From a virus (Duplodnaviria > Heunggongvirae > Uroviricota > Caudoviricetes): a DNA stretch of 12,505 nucleotides. Under the pieces are notes generated by a model. That model was not told where the DNA came from. It made no database searches and worked only from the letters and a program-made list of their open reading frames with translations. The stretch covers positions 1 to 12,505 of the IMG/VR virus record IMGVR_UViG_2671180747_000010; one strand, written 5' to 3'. The number at the start of each line of letters is the position of its first letter. Within the stretch, counting starts at the first letter, position 1. Below, in pieces: positions 1 to 6,670 of this stretch. The position numbers and the translations under genes are program-made.

Positions 1-6
1 TCGGGG

Positions 7-31
7 AAAAAAAACCCCGCCAGTGGCGGGG
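7..31 (-). terminator. Intrinsic terminator, tR'-like (minus strand)
   Basis: Perfect 7-bp GC-rich stem CCCCGCC(15-21)/GGCGGGG(25-31) with 3-nt loop; on the minus strand it is followed by an 8-nt T run (plus-strand A8 at 7-14). Confidence 0.55.
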
Positions 32-50
32 ATCTTTTGATAAAAACGAC

Positions 51-74
51 AAAGGCACCATTAAGGTGCCTTTT
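51..74. terminator. Hairpin with flanking T-runs on both strands (possible bidirectional terminator)
   Basis: Stem GGCACC(54-59)/GGTGCC(65-70), 5-nt loop, extended by AAA/TTT pairs; followed by TTTT on the plus strand and TTTGTCGTTTTT on the minus strand. Confidence 0.35.
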
Positions 75-204
75 ACACAGGGCAGCAGGCTTGTCATCAC
101 CTTATTGCTACTCCTGGCTTCCAGTTCGGAAGTCTCACAAGTCCCATCAGGGTACAGCGACAGTATCAGTCAACACTCTATGATTCTGCTGAACAGGCAG
201 TTTC

Positions 205-340
205 GCACTGTACATTATAACCTGTTAAGCCAACAAAAAACCCGCTCGGCGGCGGGGTTTGCTTACTTTGCCATCGCGAACAAAATCTGCAAAATATCAG
301 ATTTACACGGAATATATGCTCTTCAGTTCTATTTTGCAAG
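205..340 (-). promoter_or_regulatory. Candidate late promoter (pR'-like) region downstream of the Q-like gene
   Basis: Two minus-strand candidates: (a) -35 TTGCAA (334-339), 17-bp spacer, -10 TATATT (311-316), overlapping the Q stop; (b) a perfect -10 TATAAT (214-219) with a poor -35, placing a start ~195 nt upstream of the terminators at 7-74. Sequence-only call. Confidence 0.3.
235..257 (-). terminator. Intrinsic terminator-like hairpin after the Q-like gene (minus strand)
   Basis: Stem CCCGC(241-245)/GCGGG(252-256) with 6-nt loop; on the minus strand followed by TTTTTT (plus-strand A6 at 235-240). Confidence 0.4.
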
Positions 341-1012
341 ATATGGTTCTAAATTAATCGACTTTTGCCGTGAACGTACCCGCATTACTGAAATAAGAGC
401 ATCCCTGTCCAGCATCTCTGCACTACCCCGCATAGCCAACCAGTGAGGCCTGTGTGTTTTTGTCCATGTAGATTTAGCAACTCCTATGAACACCGCTAAC
501 TCCTGATGTTCATAGGTCTCACGCCCTGCCAGCTCACTCTTCACATCCTGTGCCGCCAGCCAAATCAGTTTCTTCAGACGATCCAGCGTTTTCCCTGCAA
601 TTTTTCTGGTACCAGCCTGAGCTTTAAACTCACCCCATACCCATTGTGTTATAGTGACCTGATCTTCCCAGCAAACATTTCCACTGTAGCACCACAGTAA
701 CCACGCCTTCTGATGTTCTTCCAGTTCCAGAACGGCACGCCGCCACGATGATGTTGCAAACTCAACCGGACTGACCAGCGCAATTGATGAGCCTTTCGCC
801 AGTGATTGTTTACCCGGGATCGGTTGATTATCCCGCGTGATCATTTTTCCGGTTACCTCATCGCGATAACGAATTTTTTTGCGTCTGTAACGCCCTGTAT
901 CGAACAGGGCATTCTCCTGCCAGGCTTCCAGCTGGCCTTTTGTCGCCCCACTGAGATCCGCAGTGGCAATCATGAGTTGCTCACGAACAAACTGTAAATA
1001 CTGGTTATTCAT
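329..1012 (-). CDS. Phage antitermination protein Q-like (227 aa from ATG at 1012; a GTG at 1018 is also in frame)
   Basis: Position immediately downstream of rusA, with the ATG overlapping the rusA stop (ATGA), and immediately upstream of promoter-like sequence plus terminators. Size is typical of the longer Q families. Assignment is mainly contextual. Confidence 0.5.
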   Translation of the reverse strand: MNNQYLQFVREQLMIATADLSGATKGQLEAWQENALFDTGRYRRKKIRYRDEVTGKMITRDNQPIPGKQSLAKGSSIALVSPVEFATSSWRRAVLELEEHQKAWLLWCYSGNVCWEDQVTITQWVWGEFKAQAGTRKIAGKTLDRLKKLIWLAAQDVKSELAGRETYEHQELAVFIGVAKSTWTKTHRPHWLAMRGSAEMLDRDALISVMRVRSRQKSINLEPYLAK

Positions 1013-1368
1013 GCGCACTCCAGTTCTGTGATTTTTATCCCCAGCCGCCCGCCAGGAACAGGCAGGCCACGCACAATATTGATTTCATCAAACTGCTCAT
1101 CGTCCATTAACAACCCCGCATGCGTAAGCGCATCCAGCGGCGCTTTCAGAATATTGTCCAGGTCACGGCGGCGCTTATCCGGTGGCTCTGCAATAATCCT
1201 GATTACCAGCCTTCCGGACAGGCTTAATTTCAGCCGCTGCTGGTTAACAATAAGCGCCACAGCACGGCGATAGCGCTTTCCCTCCTCCGAGATAAAATAT
1301 GTGCTGCCACGACGACGCCAGTAGGTGTTCACCGTTGGCGGGTAAGGTAAAACCAAATCTATGAGCAT
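1009..1368 (-). CDS. rusA: Crossover junction endodeoxyribonuclease RusA (Holliday junction resolvase), 119 aa
   Basis: Translation MLIDLVLPYPPTVNTYWRRRG...PPDKRRRDLDNILKAPLDALTHAGLL...GGRLGIKITEL aligns along its length with E. coli RusA as I recall it (LPWPPSNNRYY...PDRRRRDLDNLQKA...GGRLELTITE). Strong SD AAGAGGTG upstream. Confidence 0.9.
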   Translation of the reverse strand: MLIDLVLPYPPTVNTYWRRRGSTYFISEEGKRYRRAVALIVNQQRLKLSLSGRLVIRIIAEPPDKRRRDLDNILKAPLDALTHAGLLMDDEQFDEINIVRGLPVPGGRLGIKITELECA

Positions 1369-1380
1369 CAGTCACCTCTT

Positions 1381-2430
1381 TTACCCGAGCACGCCAGTCG
1401 CAAAGGCGTGATCAAGAAAATGAAAAATTAACTCAACCTGGGACCCGTACTTTTTCTCAAACTCCAGCGGGTCAGCATGAAGTTCGTTGTGGTGCTCCCG
1501 GCACAACGGTAGTGTGAAAATATCGTGGGATTTTGTCCCCATACCGCCCTGCCCATGGCCAATCAAGTGATGCGGATCATCAGCTGGCTTTCCACAGCAT
1601 GCACACGGCTGCGTCTTAACCCAGCGCGTGAACTTTTCATTAACCCAGCGACGACGTTTAGGCCGTTTCATGAAAGATTCCGGGGACTCCGGATCAACGG
1701 CGATGCTTACTACCGTCTTTTCCTGTGGCGTGGTTTGTGGCTGGTGGGCGTGAAGCGGTGGCGCTATGTTTTTTGTCCGCTGCTTCAGGATGCTGGTGGC
1801 GGTCTGCTCTCCCGGTATGATGTCGCTCTCACTGTATACGGAGCGAATTTTTTCCACCGGTAATCCCAGCGAACGACGCAATACAGATTCCGGAAGCGCA
1901 TCAGCCACCTGATTGCAGACCGCCCACCAGGATAATTCAGCCAGCGATAATTCACGCTCCTGTGCGCCATTCATTACGTGACGGATGACGTCAATCATCC
2001 AGGCGGCCAGATTCTGTTGAGCAAGTAGCTCCAGTGAATCAGATGTCTGCTCCCGCAGGTGGTTGTCGCAGTGCCAGCACAACACCATCGCGCCGGTACT
2101 GTAACGGTGAATGACGGTTTCGCTGTGATGATAATCGCCGTGTGGCCACTGGCAGGATTTCACGTGACGTAATAACCAGTCAGACAGTACACCAGCGCCA
2201 CCCGCAGCACGGATCACCCGCTCATCGCTGAAAAATGGCAGTAATGATTTATCTTCCGCCAGCGGCTGGCGAACGGCAGGTACAAACCCGGACGGCAGAG
2301 CACGCATGCTTTTCGGTTCCGGCTCCACCAGCACCCTGCCGCAATGAAAAACAGGCAGTGATTCGCGTCCGGGCTTAAGGACCACCAGGCCAAGTTCCGG
2401 CACCAGAACAGGTCGAAGTAATACCCGCAC
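1381..2430 (-). CDS. Phage protein, DUF968/YdfU-like, with C-terminal Cys/His-rich HNH-like motif (349 aa)
   Basis: C-terminus QPCACCGKPADDPHHLIGHGQGGMGTKSHDIFTLPLCREHHNELH is a CxCC...HH...C..HH zinc-finger/HNH-like signature. Size and position upstream of rusA resemble YdfU-type nin-region proteins. GTG start preceded by GGAGG. Confidence 0.7.
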   Translation of the reverse strand: MRVLLRPVLVPELGLVVLKPGRESLPVFHCGRVLVEPEPKSMRALPSGFVPAVRQPLAEDKSLLPFFSDERVIRAAGGAGVLSDWLLRHVKSCQWPHGDYHHSETVIHRYSTGAMVLCWHCDNHLREQTSDSLELLAQQNLAAWMIDVIRHVMNGAQERELSLAELSWWAVCNQVADALPESVLRRSLGLPVEKIRSVYSESDIIPGEQTATSILKQRTKNIAPPLHAHQPQTTPQEKTVVSIAVDPESPESFMKRPKRRRWVNEKFTRWVKTQPCACCGKPADDPHHLIGHGQGGMGTKSHDIFTLPLCREHHNELHADPLEFEKKYGSQVELIFHFLDHAFATGVLG

Positions 2431-2431
2431 G

Positions 2432-2704
2432 TTACCTCCAGATACGTTGCTGGAATGTGCGGGACGGACGCGGTGGACGTTCGGAATAAGGGAGCCTGAC
2501 AGAGATTATCCAGTGACGATAATTGAGGCTGAGGGCTTTCTTAACCTCGTATCCGCGCCTGCGGTAACACTGAATCAGCCATTCGGCCTGTTCTTCAGTG
2601 CATGGAGGATGCTGGTACCAGTGGGTTTTAAATACGTGCGAATGCCGCCCCCGCTTAATGGCCGGGACGGCTTCAGAATTGTGGGATTTTATATGTTGCG
2701 CCAT
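2432..2704 (-). CDS. Hypothetical phage nin-region protein (90 aa from ATG at 2704; longer GTG start at 2722 possible)
   Basis: ORF ends 1 nt before the DUF968 gene start (operon-like). The ATG at 2704 has a GGAG SD 6 nt upstream. No family recognised. Confidence 0.45.
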   Translation of the reverse strand: MAQHIKSHNSEAVPAIKRGRHSHVFKTHWYQHPPCTEEQAEWLIQCYRRRGYEVKKALSLNYRHWIISVRLPYSERPPRPSRTFQQRIWR

Positions 2705-2722
2705 CGGGTTCTCCGGTGACAC

Positions 2723-2876
2723 AGCAGGTGCCAGTTGTTCAGGCTGGCTGGATGATTTTAACCAGAATGCGATAAAAAGTGTATAAGACCATCACATATT
2801 GCATTCATGCAAAATGATTGTTACATAATATTACTTAATAAGTATAGGTTTTACCGTTTTATCATTAGAAGATTGT
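2723..2876 (+). promoter_or_regulatory. AT-rich divergent intergenic region, probable promoter of the PAPS-reductase/ParB-like operon
   Basis: ~150 bp strongly AT-rich between divergently oriented genes. Contains TTGCAT (2799-2804) then a 17-bp spacer and TACATAATA. The exact promoter is not resolvable by eye. Confidence 0.3.
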
Positions 2877-4103
2877 ATGTCAGGAACCATAACAAAAATC
2901 AGCACAGGGGAAAATGTTCTGTCAGCAGCAATCCATCGCATTGAATGGTTGTTCGAAACGTTTAATGAGGTCTGCTTGTCTTTTTCTGGTGGCAAAGACT
3001 CTACTGTGCTTTTCCATCTTGTGGCAGAAGTCGCCAGTAGAAAAAAACGTCGTTTTTCGGTTTTATTCATTGACTGGGAAGCCCAATATCAGTGCACGAT
3101 TAATCATATCCAAAAGATGAGGGAAATGTACCGGCATGTGACAGACAATTTTTACTGGGTAGCGCTTCCTCTGACTACGGTAAATGGCGTCTCTCAGTTT
3201 CAGCCAGAATGGATATGTTGGGAGCCAGGTGTAGAATGGGTTCGTCAGCCACCAGATGACGCTATTACAGATATGTCGTATTTCCCATTTTATCGGTATG
3301 CCATGACGTTTGAAGAATTTGTTCCGGCATTTTCTTCCTGGTTTGCCGGTAACCGATGTGGAGTGGGAATACTAACTGGTGTTCGTGCTGATGAATCGCT
3401 CAATCGCTTTATGGGACTGGTGTCTCAGCGCAAACTGAGATATGCAGATGATAAACCCTGGACCACCGCTTCACCCGATGGTTTTTACTACACCATGTAT
3501 CCATTGTATGACTGGAAAACAAATGATATATGGACGTATAACTCAAGAACCCGCGCCATCTACAATCCCCTGTACGACCTAATGTACCGTGCCGGAGTGT
3601 CGTTACGCAACATGCGTGTTTGTGAGCCCTTTGGCCCGGAACAGCGTAAGGGGCTGTGGCTTTACCATGTTCTGGAGCCGGAAACCTGGGCCAGGATGTG
3701 TGAGCGAGTGTCAGGGGCTGCCAGTGGCGCTCTTTATGCCAATGAAAGCGGTGCCTATTTTGCTCTGCGTAAACGAATCACAAAACCGGCTCATCATACC
3801 TGGCGCAGCTACGCAATGTTCATGCTGGATGTTATGCCAGAAAGAACAGCAGAACATTACCGTAACAAAATTGCAGTCTACCTGCGCTGGTATCAGACGC
3901 GGGGCTTCCCGGATGATATCCCGGATGAACAGGAGAATGACCTGGGGAGCCGGGATATCCCGTCCTGGCGACGTATCTGTAAGACGCTCATAAAGAATGA
4001 CTTCTGGTGCCGGACCCTCTCCTTCAGTCCGAACAAACCCCGGCACTATGAGCGTTATCTGCAACGAATGAAGGAAAGGAGGAAAGAATGGGGGATTCTG
4101 TGA
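2877..4103 (+). CDS. PAPS-reductase-family PP-loop protein (IbrA/YbdN-like; DndC/SspD superfamily), 408 aa
   Basis: N-terminal SFSGGKDS PP-loop ATP-pyrophosphatase motif; length ~406 aa matches YbdN/IbrA. Followed by an overlapping ParB-like gene, as in ybdNM/ibrAB. Confidence 0.85.
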   Translation: MSGTITKISTGENVLSAAIHRIEWLFETFNEVCLSFSGGKDSTVLFHLVAEVASRKKRRFSVLFIDWEAQYQCTINHIQKMREMYRHVTDNFYWVALPLTTVNGVSQFQPEWICWEPGVEWVRQPPDDAITDMSYFPFYRYAMTFEEFVPAFSSWFAGNRCGVGILTGVRADESLNRFMGLVSQRKLRYADDKPWTTASPDGFYYTMYPLYDWKTNDIWTYNSRTRAIYNPLYDLMYRAGVSLRNMRVCEPFGPEQRKGLWLYHVLEPETWARMCERVSGAASGALYANESGAYFALRKRITKPAHHTWRSYAMFMLDVMPERTAEHYRNKIAVYLRWYQTRGFPDDIPDEQENDLGSRDIPSWRRICKTLIKNDFWCRTLSFSPNKPRHYERYLQRMKERRKEWGIL

Positions 4104-4732
4104 CGCCTGAGATGGATGTACTAAGCAACATGATTCGTCAGTACTTCAGTCGGGAACAGCCCGAAGAAGAGTCCATACGAGCCCTTAACCATCTGCGCAG
4201 GGTACTGCATGAAGTCAGTCCTTTTGCACAGGAGCCTGTAGACTGTGTGCTGTGGGTGAAAGCGGATGAGGTGGTAGCCAACGATTATAACCCCAATGTC
4301 ATGGCACCAAGTGAGAAGAAACTGCTGAAGCAGTCACTGGAAAAAGATGGTTTCACACAACCGGTGGTGGTGTCAGAGGAGAAGAATCATTATCTGGTGG
4401 TGGATGGTTTTCATCGTCAGTTATTGGGCAGAGAATCAGTTACAGGAAAACGTCTGAGGGGCTGGCTGCCTGTAGCCTGTATTAATCCAGAGAGAAAAGG
4501 GCAAGCCGCACGCATTGCCGCAACCATTCGACATAACCGGGCTAGGGGGAAACACCAGATAGACTCAGTGTCTGATATTGTAAGAGATCTTTCACGCTTG
4601 GGATGGGCAGATGAACGCATTGGCACTGAGTTGGGTATGGATCAGGATGAAGTACTGAGACTTAAACAAATTAGCGGGCTAACTGAGTTATTTCAGGAAG
4701 TGGATTTCAGCCCGGCATGGACAGTTAAATAG
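4088..4732 (+). CDS. ParB/sulfiredoxin-fold (DGxHR-like) protein, IbrB/YbdM-like, 214 aa
   Basis: VVDGFHRQ motif and an arginine-rich segment (ARIAATIRHNRARG) typical of ParB N-terminal-domain/DndB-like proteins. Start overlaps the upstream gene by 16 nt with an AGGAGG SD (translational coupling). Confidence 0.8.
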   Translation: MGDSVTPEMDVLSNMIRQYFSREQPEEESIRALNHLRRVLHEVSPFAQEPVDCVLWVKADEVVANDYNPNVMAPSEKKLLKQSLEKDGFTQPVVVSEEKNHYLVVDGFHRQLLGRESVTGKRLRGWLPVACINPERKGQAARIAATIRHNRARGKHQIDSVSDIVRDLSRLGWADERIGTELGMDQDEVLRLKQISGLTELFQEVDFSPAWTVK

Positions 4733-4785
4733 CAAGCTCGACTTACTCCCGGCAAGGCAACAAAATGATAACTAATACAACTCAA

Positions 4786-4808
4786 GGGCGATTAATATCG
4801 CCCCTTTT
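4786..4808. terminator. Hairpin between convergent genes (possible bidirectional terminator)
   Basis: GGGCGAT(4786-4792) TAAT ATCGCCC(4797-4803) followed by CTTTT on the plus strand. The T tract is weak. Confidence 0.35.
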
Positions 4809-4897
4809 ACTGCTCAATTTTCGACCGATACATCTACTTGACTCTCGTTTTACTCCCCCTTTTTACCCGATATGGAAATTCCCATATCGTAATGAAT

Positions 4898-5002
4898 TCA
4901 GCTCCCCAGACGATCCATCAAAAGCACGACCAGGCAGTAAACACCCACAACAACAATAACGGCCAGAGCGCCTTCCATTGCCAGTGAGATATCATCCGAC
5001 AT
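4898..5002 (-). CDS. Small hydrophobic peptide (34 aa), predicted single transmembrane helix
   Basis: ATG preceded by AAGGAGG SD. Translation MSDDISLAMEGALAVIVVVGVYCLVVLLMDRLGS. Not in the supplied ORF track (below its size cut-off). Confidence 0.45.
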   Translation of the reverse strand: MSDDISLAMEGALAVIVVVGVYCLVVLLMDRLGS

Positions 5003-5037
5003 ATTCCCTCCTTTGGTGTGAATCCCGGCGAACGTTT

Positions 5038-5121
5038 TTACCCCCACCGACAAATAACATATATTAAAAAAGCGATAACCATAGCAACGCCTGTAATTGC
5101 AAATGCTTCAGGCCAGTTCAT
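5038..5121 (-). CDS. Small hydrophobic peptide (27 aa), predicted single transmembrane helix
   Basis: ATG overlaps the stop of the upstream DUF551 gene (ATGA) and is preceded by AGGAGGTG SD. Translation MNWPEAFAITGVAMVIAFLIYVICRWG. Confidence 0.45.
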   Translation of the reverse strand: MNWPEAFAITGVAMVIAFLIYVICRWG

Positions 5122-5630
5122 TGGCGCACCTCCTGCGGCGGTTCTGGTAGCGGCATCCAGCCGGTTACATTGCGGCTCTGTGTTTCGAAAAATTCATCAC
5201 CATTACGGACTACATCAAAAAACTCACCGTCTCGATATTGCGCATAAAGAACGAATGCGCCATCACATAAAATAATTACGTGCTGACCATCATCCGGCAT
5301 TCGCTCACTACAGCTTATCCAACCATCCGGAGTTACCGGATAGTTGGTTGACGTTTCCGAGATTTCCCGAAAATTATTGGTTGACGACCCCTTATTTTCC
5401 CGAAAGTTTCCAGCCTGAAGCATGGCGGCGCGGTGACACCAGATAATCCAGCCAAGCGCCATATCCCATGCCATGTATTCTCTATCGCCATTTTTTGCTC
5501 TGCGGCGATCTACAGATTCTCCGAAACGCTTCTCCATAAATAATTCATAGGCTGCTCGTTCATCCGATACTGCTGCCAGTGATGCCAGCGCAATCCGTGC
5601 CAGCTCTTCCGCTTCTTCTGCTGGAAGCAC
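5118..5630 (-). CDS. DUF551-type phage protein (170 aa from GTG); likely N-terminally disrupted (see finding)
   Basis: C-terminal DGWISCSERMPDDGQ...GWMPLPEPP resembles the DUF551 signature (W-x-S-x-x-D-x-LP ... GWMPLP). An in-frame upstream ATG at 5705 with SD is cut off by TGA at 5682-5684. Confidence 0.6.
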   Translation of the reverse strand: MLPAEEAEELARIALASLAAVSDERAAYELFMEKRFGESVDRRRAKNGDREYMAWDMALGWIIWCHRAAMLQAGNFRENKGSSTNNFREISETSTNYPVTPDGWISCSERMPDDGQHVIILCDGAFVLYAQYRDGEFFDVVRNGDEFFETQSRNVTGWMPLPEPPQEVRQ

Positions 5631-5977
5631 AACGTTGCTACCCGGTCCGTATGTTTCGCGCCAATGCTGGATTGTCAGCAGTCAATCTTTGGTAATAGTG
5701 GTCATGCCGCGTTTCCTTCTTTCTTATTGTAACCAGGTGAATCATTTGATACCAACGAGGGTTTTAGTGAAAGGAGGTGAAATCACCTGTAAGATACTGA
5801 AATAAAACAGGTGATGTCTGGATGAGCGCTTAAAGTCTATTTGATATCGATTGTGCAATAATTAATCGTTTATTCTAAAATCGGCAAAACTTTTGATACT
5901 GCGATCTCAACTTTTTAAAGCGTTTAAAACTTCATTAAATCTATATGGCAACTAACATACGGGCCAGCCTCGCCAAA

Positions 5978-6508
5978 CTAACCCGCTTTAGATTCTACCG
6001 GATTTGATTGCCTACTTGTCTCGGTTTTTTCCAAAATCTCTCTGACGCAATCGTCTGGCATATCTACAATCATCAACGCAGCCAGGCGCTTCCTGCCTTC
6101 TAGTTGTAATAAATCTTGGTTTTCTTTATTCAGCAGTGTCAGAACCGTCTCTACACCTTTGCGAGCAAGGAGATTGGTTAACTGTTCTCGTTCGTCTTTC
6201 GTAAGGAATGAAAGCATCTGTGTAAGCTGATCTCCCTTATCACCAGAACAACCAAAATTACCATAAATACCAATATCGTTTGGTAATTCACCCTTGCCCT
6301 CTTTAAGCCACTCAAGACTAACGCCTTCACTTTCAGAAATTCGTATAAGGATACTTTCTCTGGGGGCTGGTTGTGTTTGTCCTCCCTTGAAATAGCTGTT
6401 TAATGTGTTGATATTGATTCCCCACGCTCTGGCAGCTGCACTTCTTGAAGGGTAGCGCTTTGTAAGCATTCCAATACGTTCAATAACAGGTTCTTTTCCC
6501 TGCGACAT
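5978..6508 (-). CDS. Mu-like prophage repressor (c-like), HTH DNA-binding protein, 176 aa from ATG at 6508
   Basis: Leftward gene divergent from ner/A/B, as for Mu c. ATG at 6508 has an AAGAGG SD; the track's longer 6583 start lacks one. Putative HTH segment RSAAARAWGININTLNSYFKG; C-terminal part loosely resembles Mu c. Confidence 0.7.
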   Translation of the reverse strand: MSQGKEPVIERIGMLTKRYPSRSAAARAWGININTLNSYFKGGQTQPAPRESILIRISESEGVSLEWLKEGKGELPNDIGIYGNFGCSGDKGDQLTQMLSFLTKDEREQLTNLLARKGVETVLTLLNKENQDLLQLEGRKRLAALMIVDMPDDCVREILEKTETSRQSNPVESKAG

Positions 6509-6590
6509 AAAGATACCTCTTGGTGCTTTTCTAAGGAAAGGTTTCTTTCTATTTATCCAATTGAAAAATAAGGATAAAAGCAAAAATTAG

Positions 6591-6639
6591 CCAAAATACC
6601 AAAAATACCTTGATTTGGTATTTTTGGTGATGCATTATT
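6591..6639. promoter_or_regulatory. Operator-like palindrome overlapping a candidate early promoter (Pe-like) for ner-A-B
   Basis: Perfect 12-bp inverted repeat ACCAAAAATACC (6598-6609) / GGTATTTTTGGT (6617-6628) with a tandem CCAAAATACC copy at 6591-6600. Overlaps -35 TTGATT (6610-6615), 18-bp spacer, TG-extended -10 ATTATT (6634-6639). Confidence 0.45.
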
Positions 6640-6650
6640 TACCCGTACAG

Positions 6651-6670
6651 ATATCCGCACGAATATCCGC
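6651..6670. promoter_or_regulatory. Direct repeat ATATCCGC x2 at 12-bp spacing upstream of ner (possible Ner/IHF-type site)
   Basis: ATATCCGC at 6651-6658 and 6663-6670, between the candidate Pe and the ner SD. Confidence 0.25.

Larger units (their letters stand above)
1..5705 (-). mobile_element. Lambdoid prophage segment (nin region, Q antiterminator, late promoter/terminators); continues beyond left window edge, abuts Mu-like element on the right
   Basis: Minus-strand gene order hypothetical - DUF968 - RusA - Q-like, followed by promoter-like sequence and intrinsic terminators, matches the canonical lambdoid nin-Q-pR'-tR' layout. Boundaries are not determinable from this window. Confidence 0.6.

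Noticed and set aside
1-330. Shiga-toxin or other cargo at the Q/late-promoter junction
   Set aside because: This is the classical cargo position in lambdoid phages, but the window ends within the terminator region and no coding sequence of that kind is visible. It cannot be assessed from this window.
66-446. 126-aa plus-strand ORF from the track
   Set aside because: It spans the terminator hairpins and candidate late promoter and overlaps the 3' end of the Q-like gene antisense. No convincing SD. Most likely a non-coding regulatory region.
1525-1863. Antisense or shadow ORFs inside the larger genes (also 1028-1273, 2447-2719, 2598-2786, 2914-3120, 3589-3993, 3711-4064, 7137-7520, 7630-8148, 8440-8871, 9651-9959, 10158-10559, 10966-11448)
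   Set aside because: Each lies wholly within or antisense to a longer ORF with clear homology or operon context. No independent RBS or motif support.
4765-5275. Plus-strand ORFs 4765-4959 and 5018-5275
   Set aside because: The first contains the 4786-4803 terminator hairpin. Both overlap the minus-strand small ORFs and DUF551 gene, which have strong SDs and fit the operon orientation.
5978-6583. Longer 201-aa version of the repressor ORF starting at 6583
   Set aside because: The upstream start lacks a ribosome-binding site and would place the operator palindrome region inside coding sequence. The ATG at 6508 has a strong AAGAGG SD.
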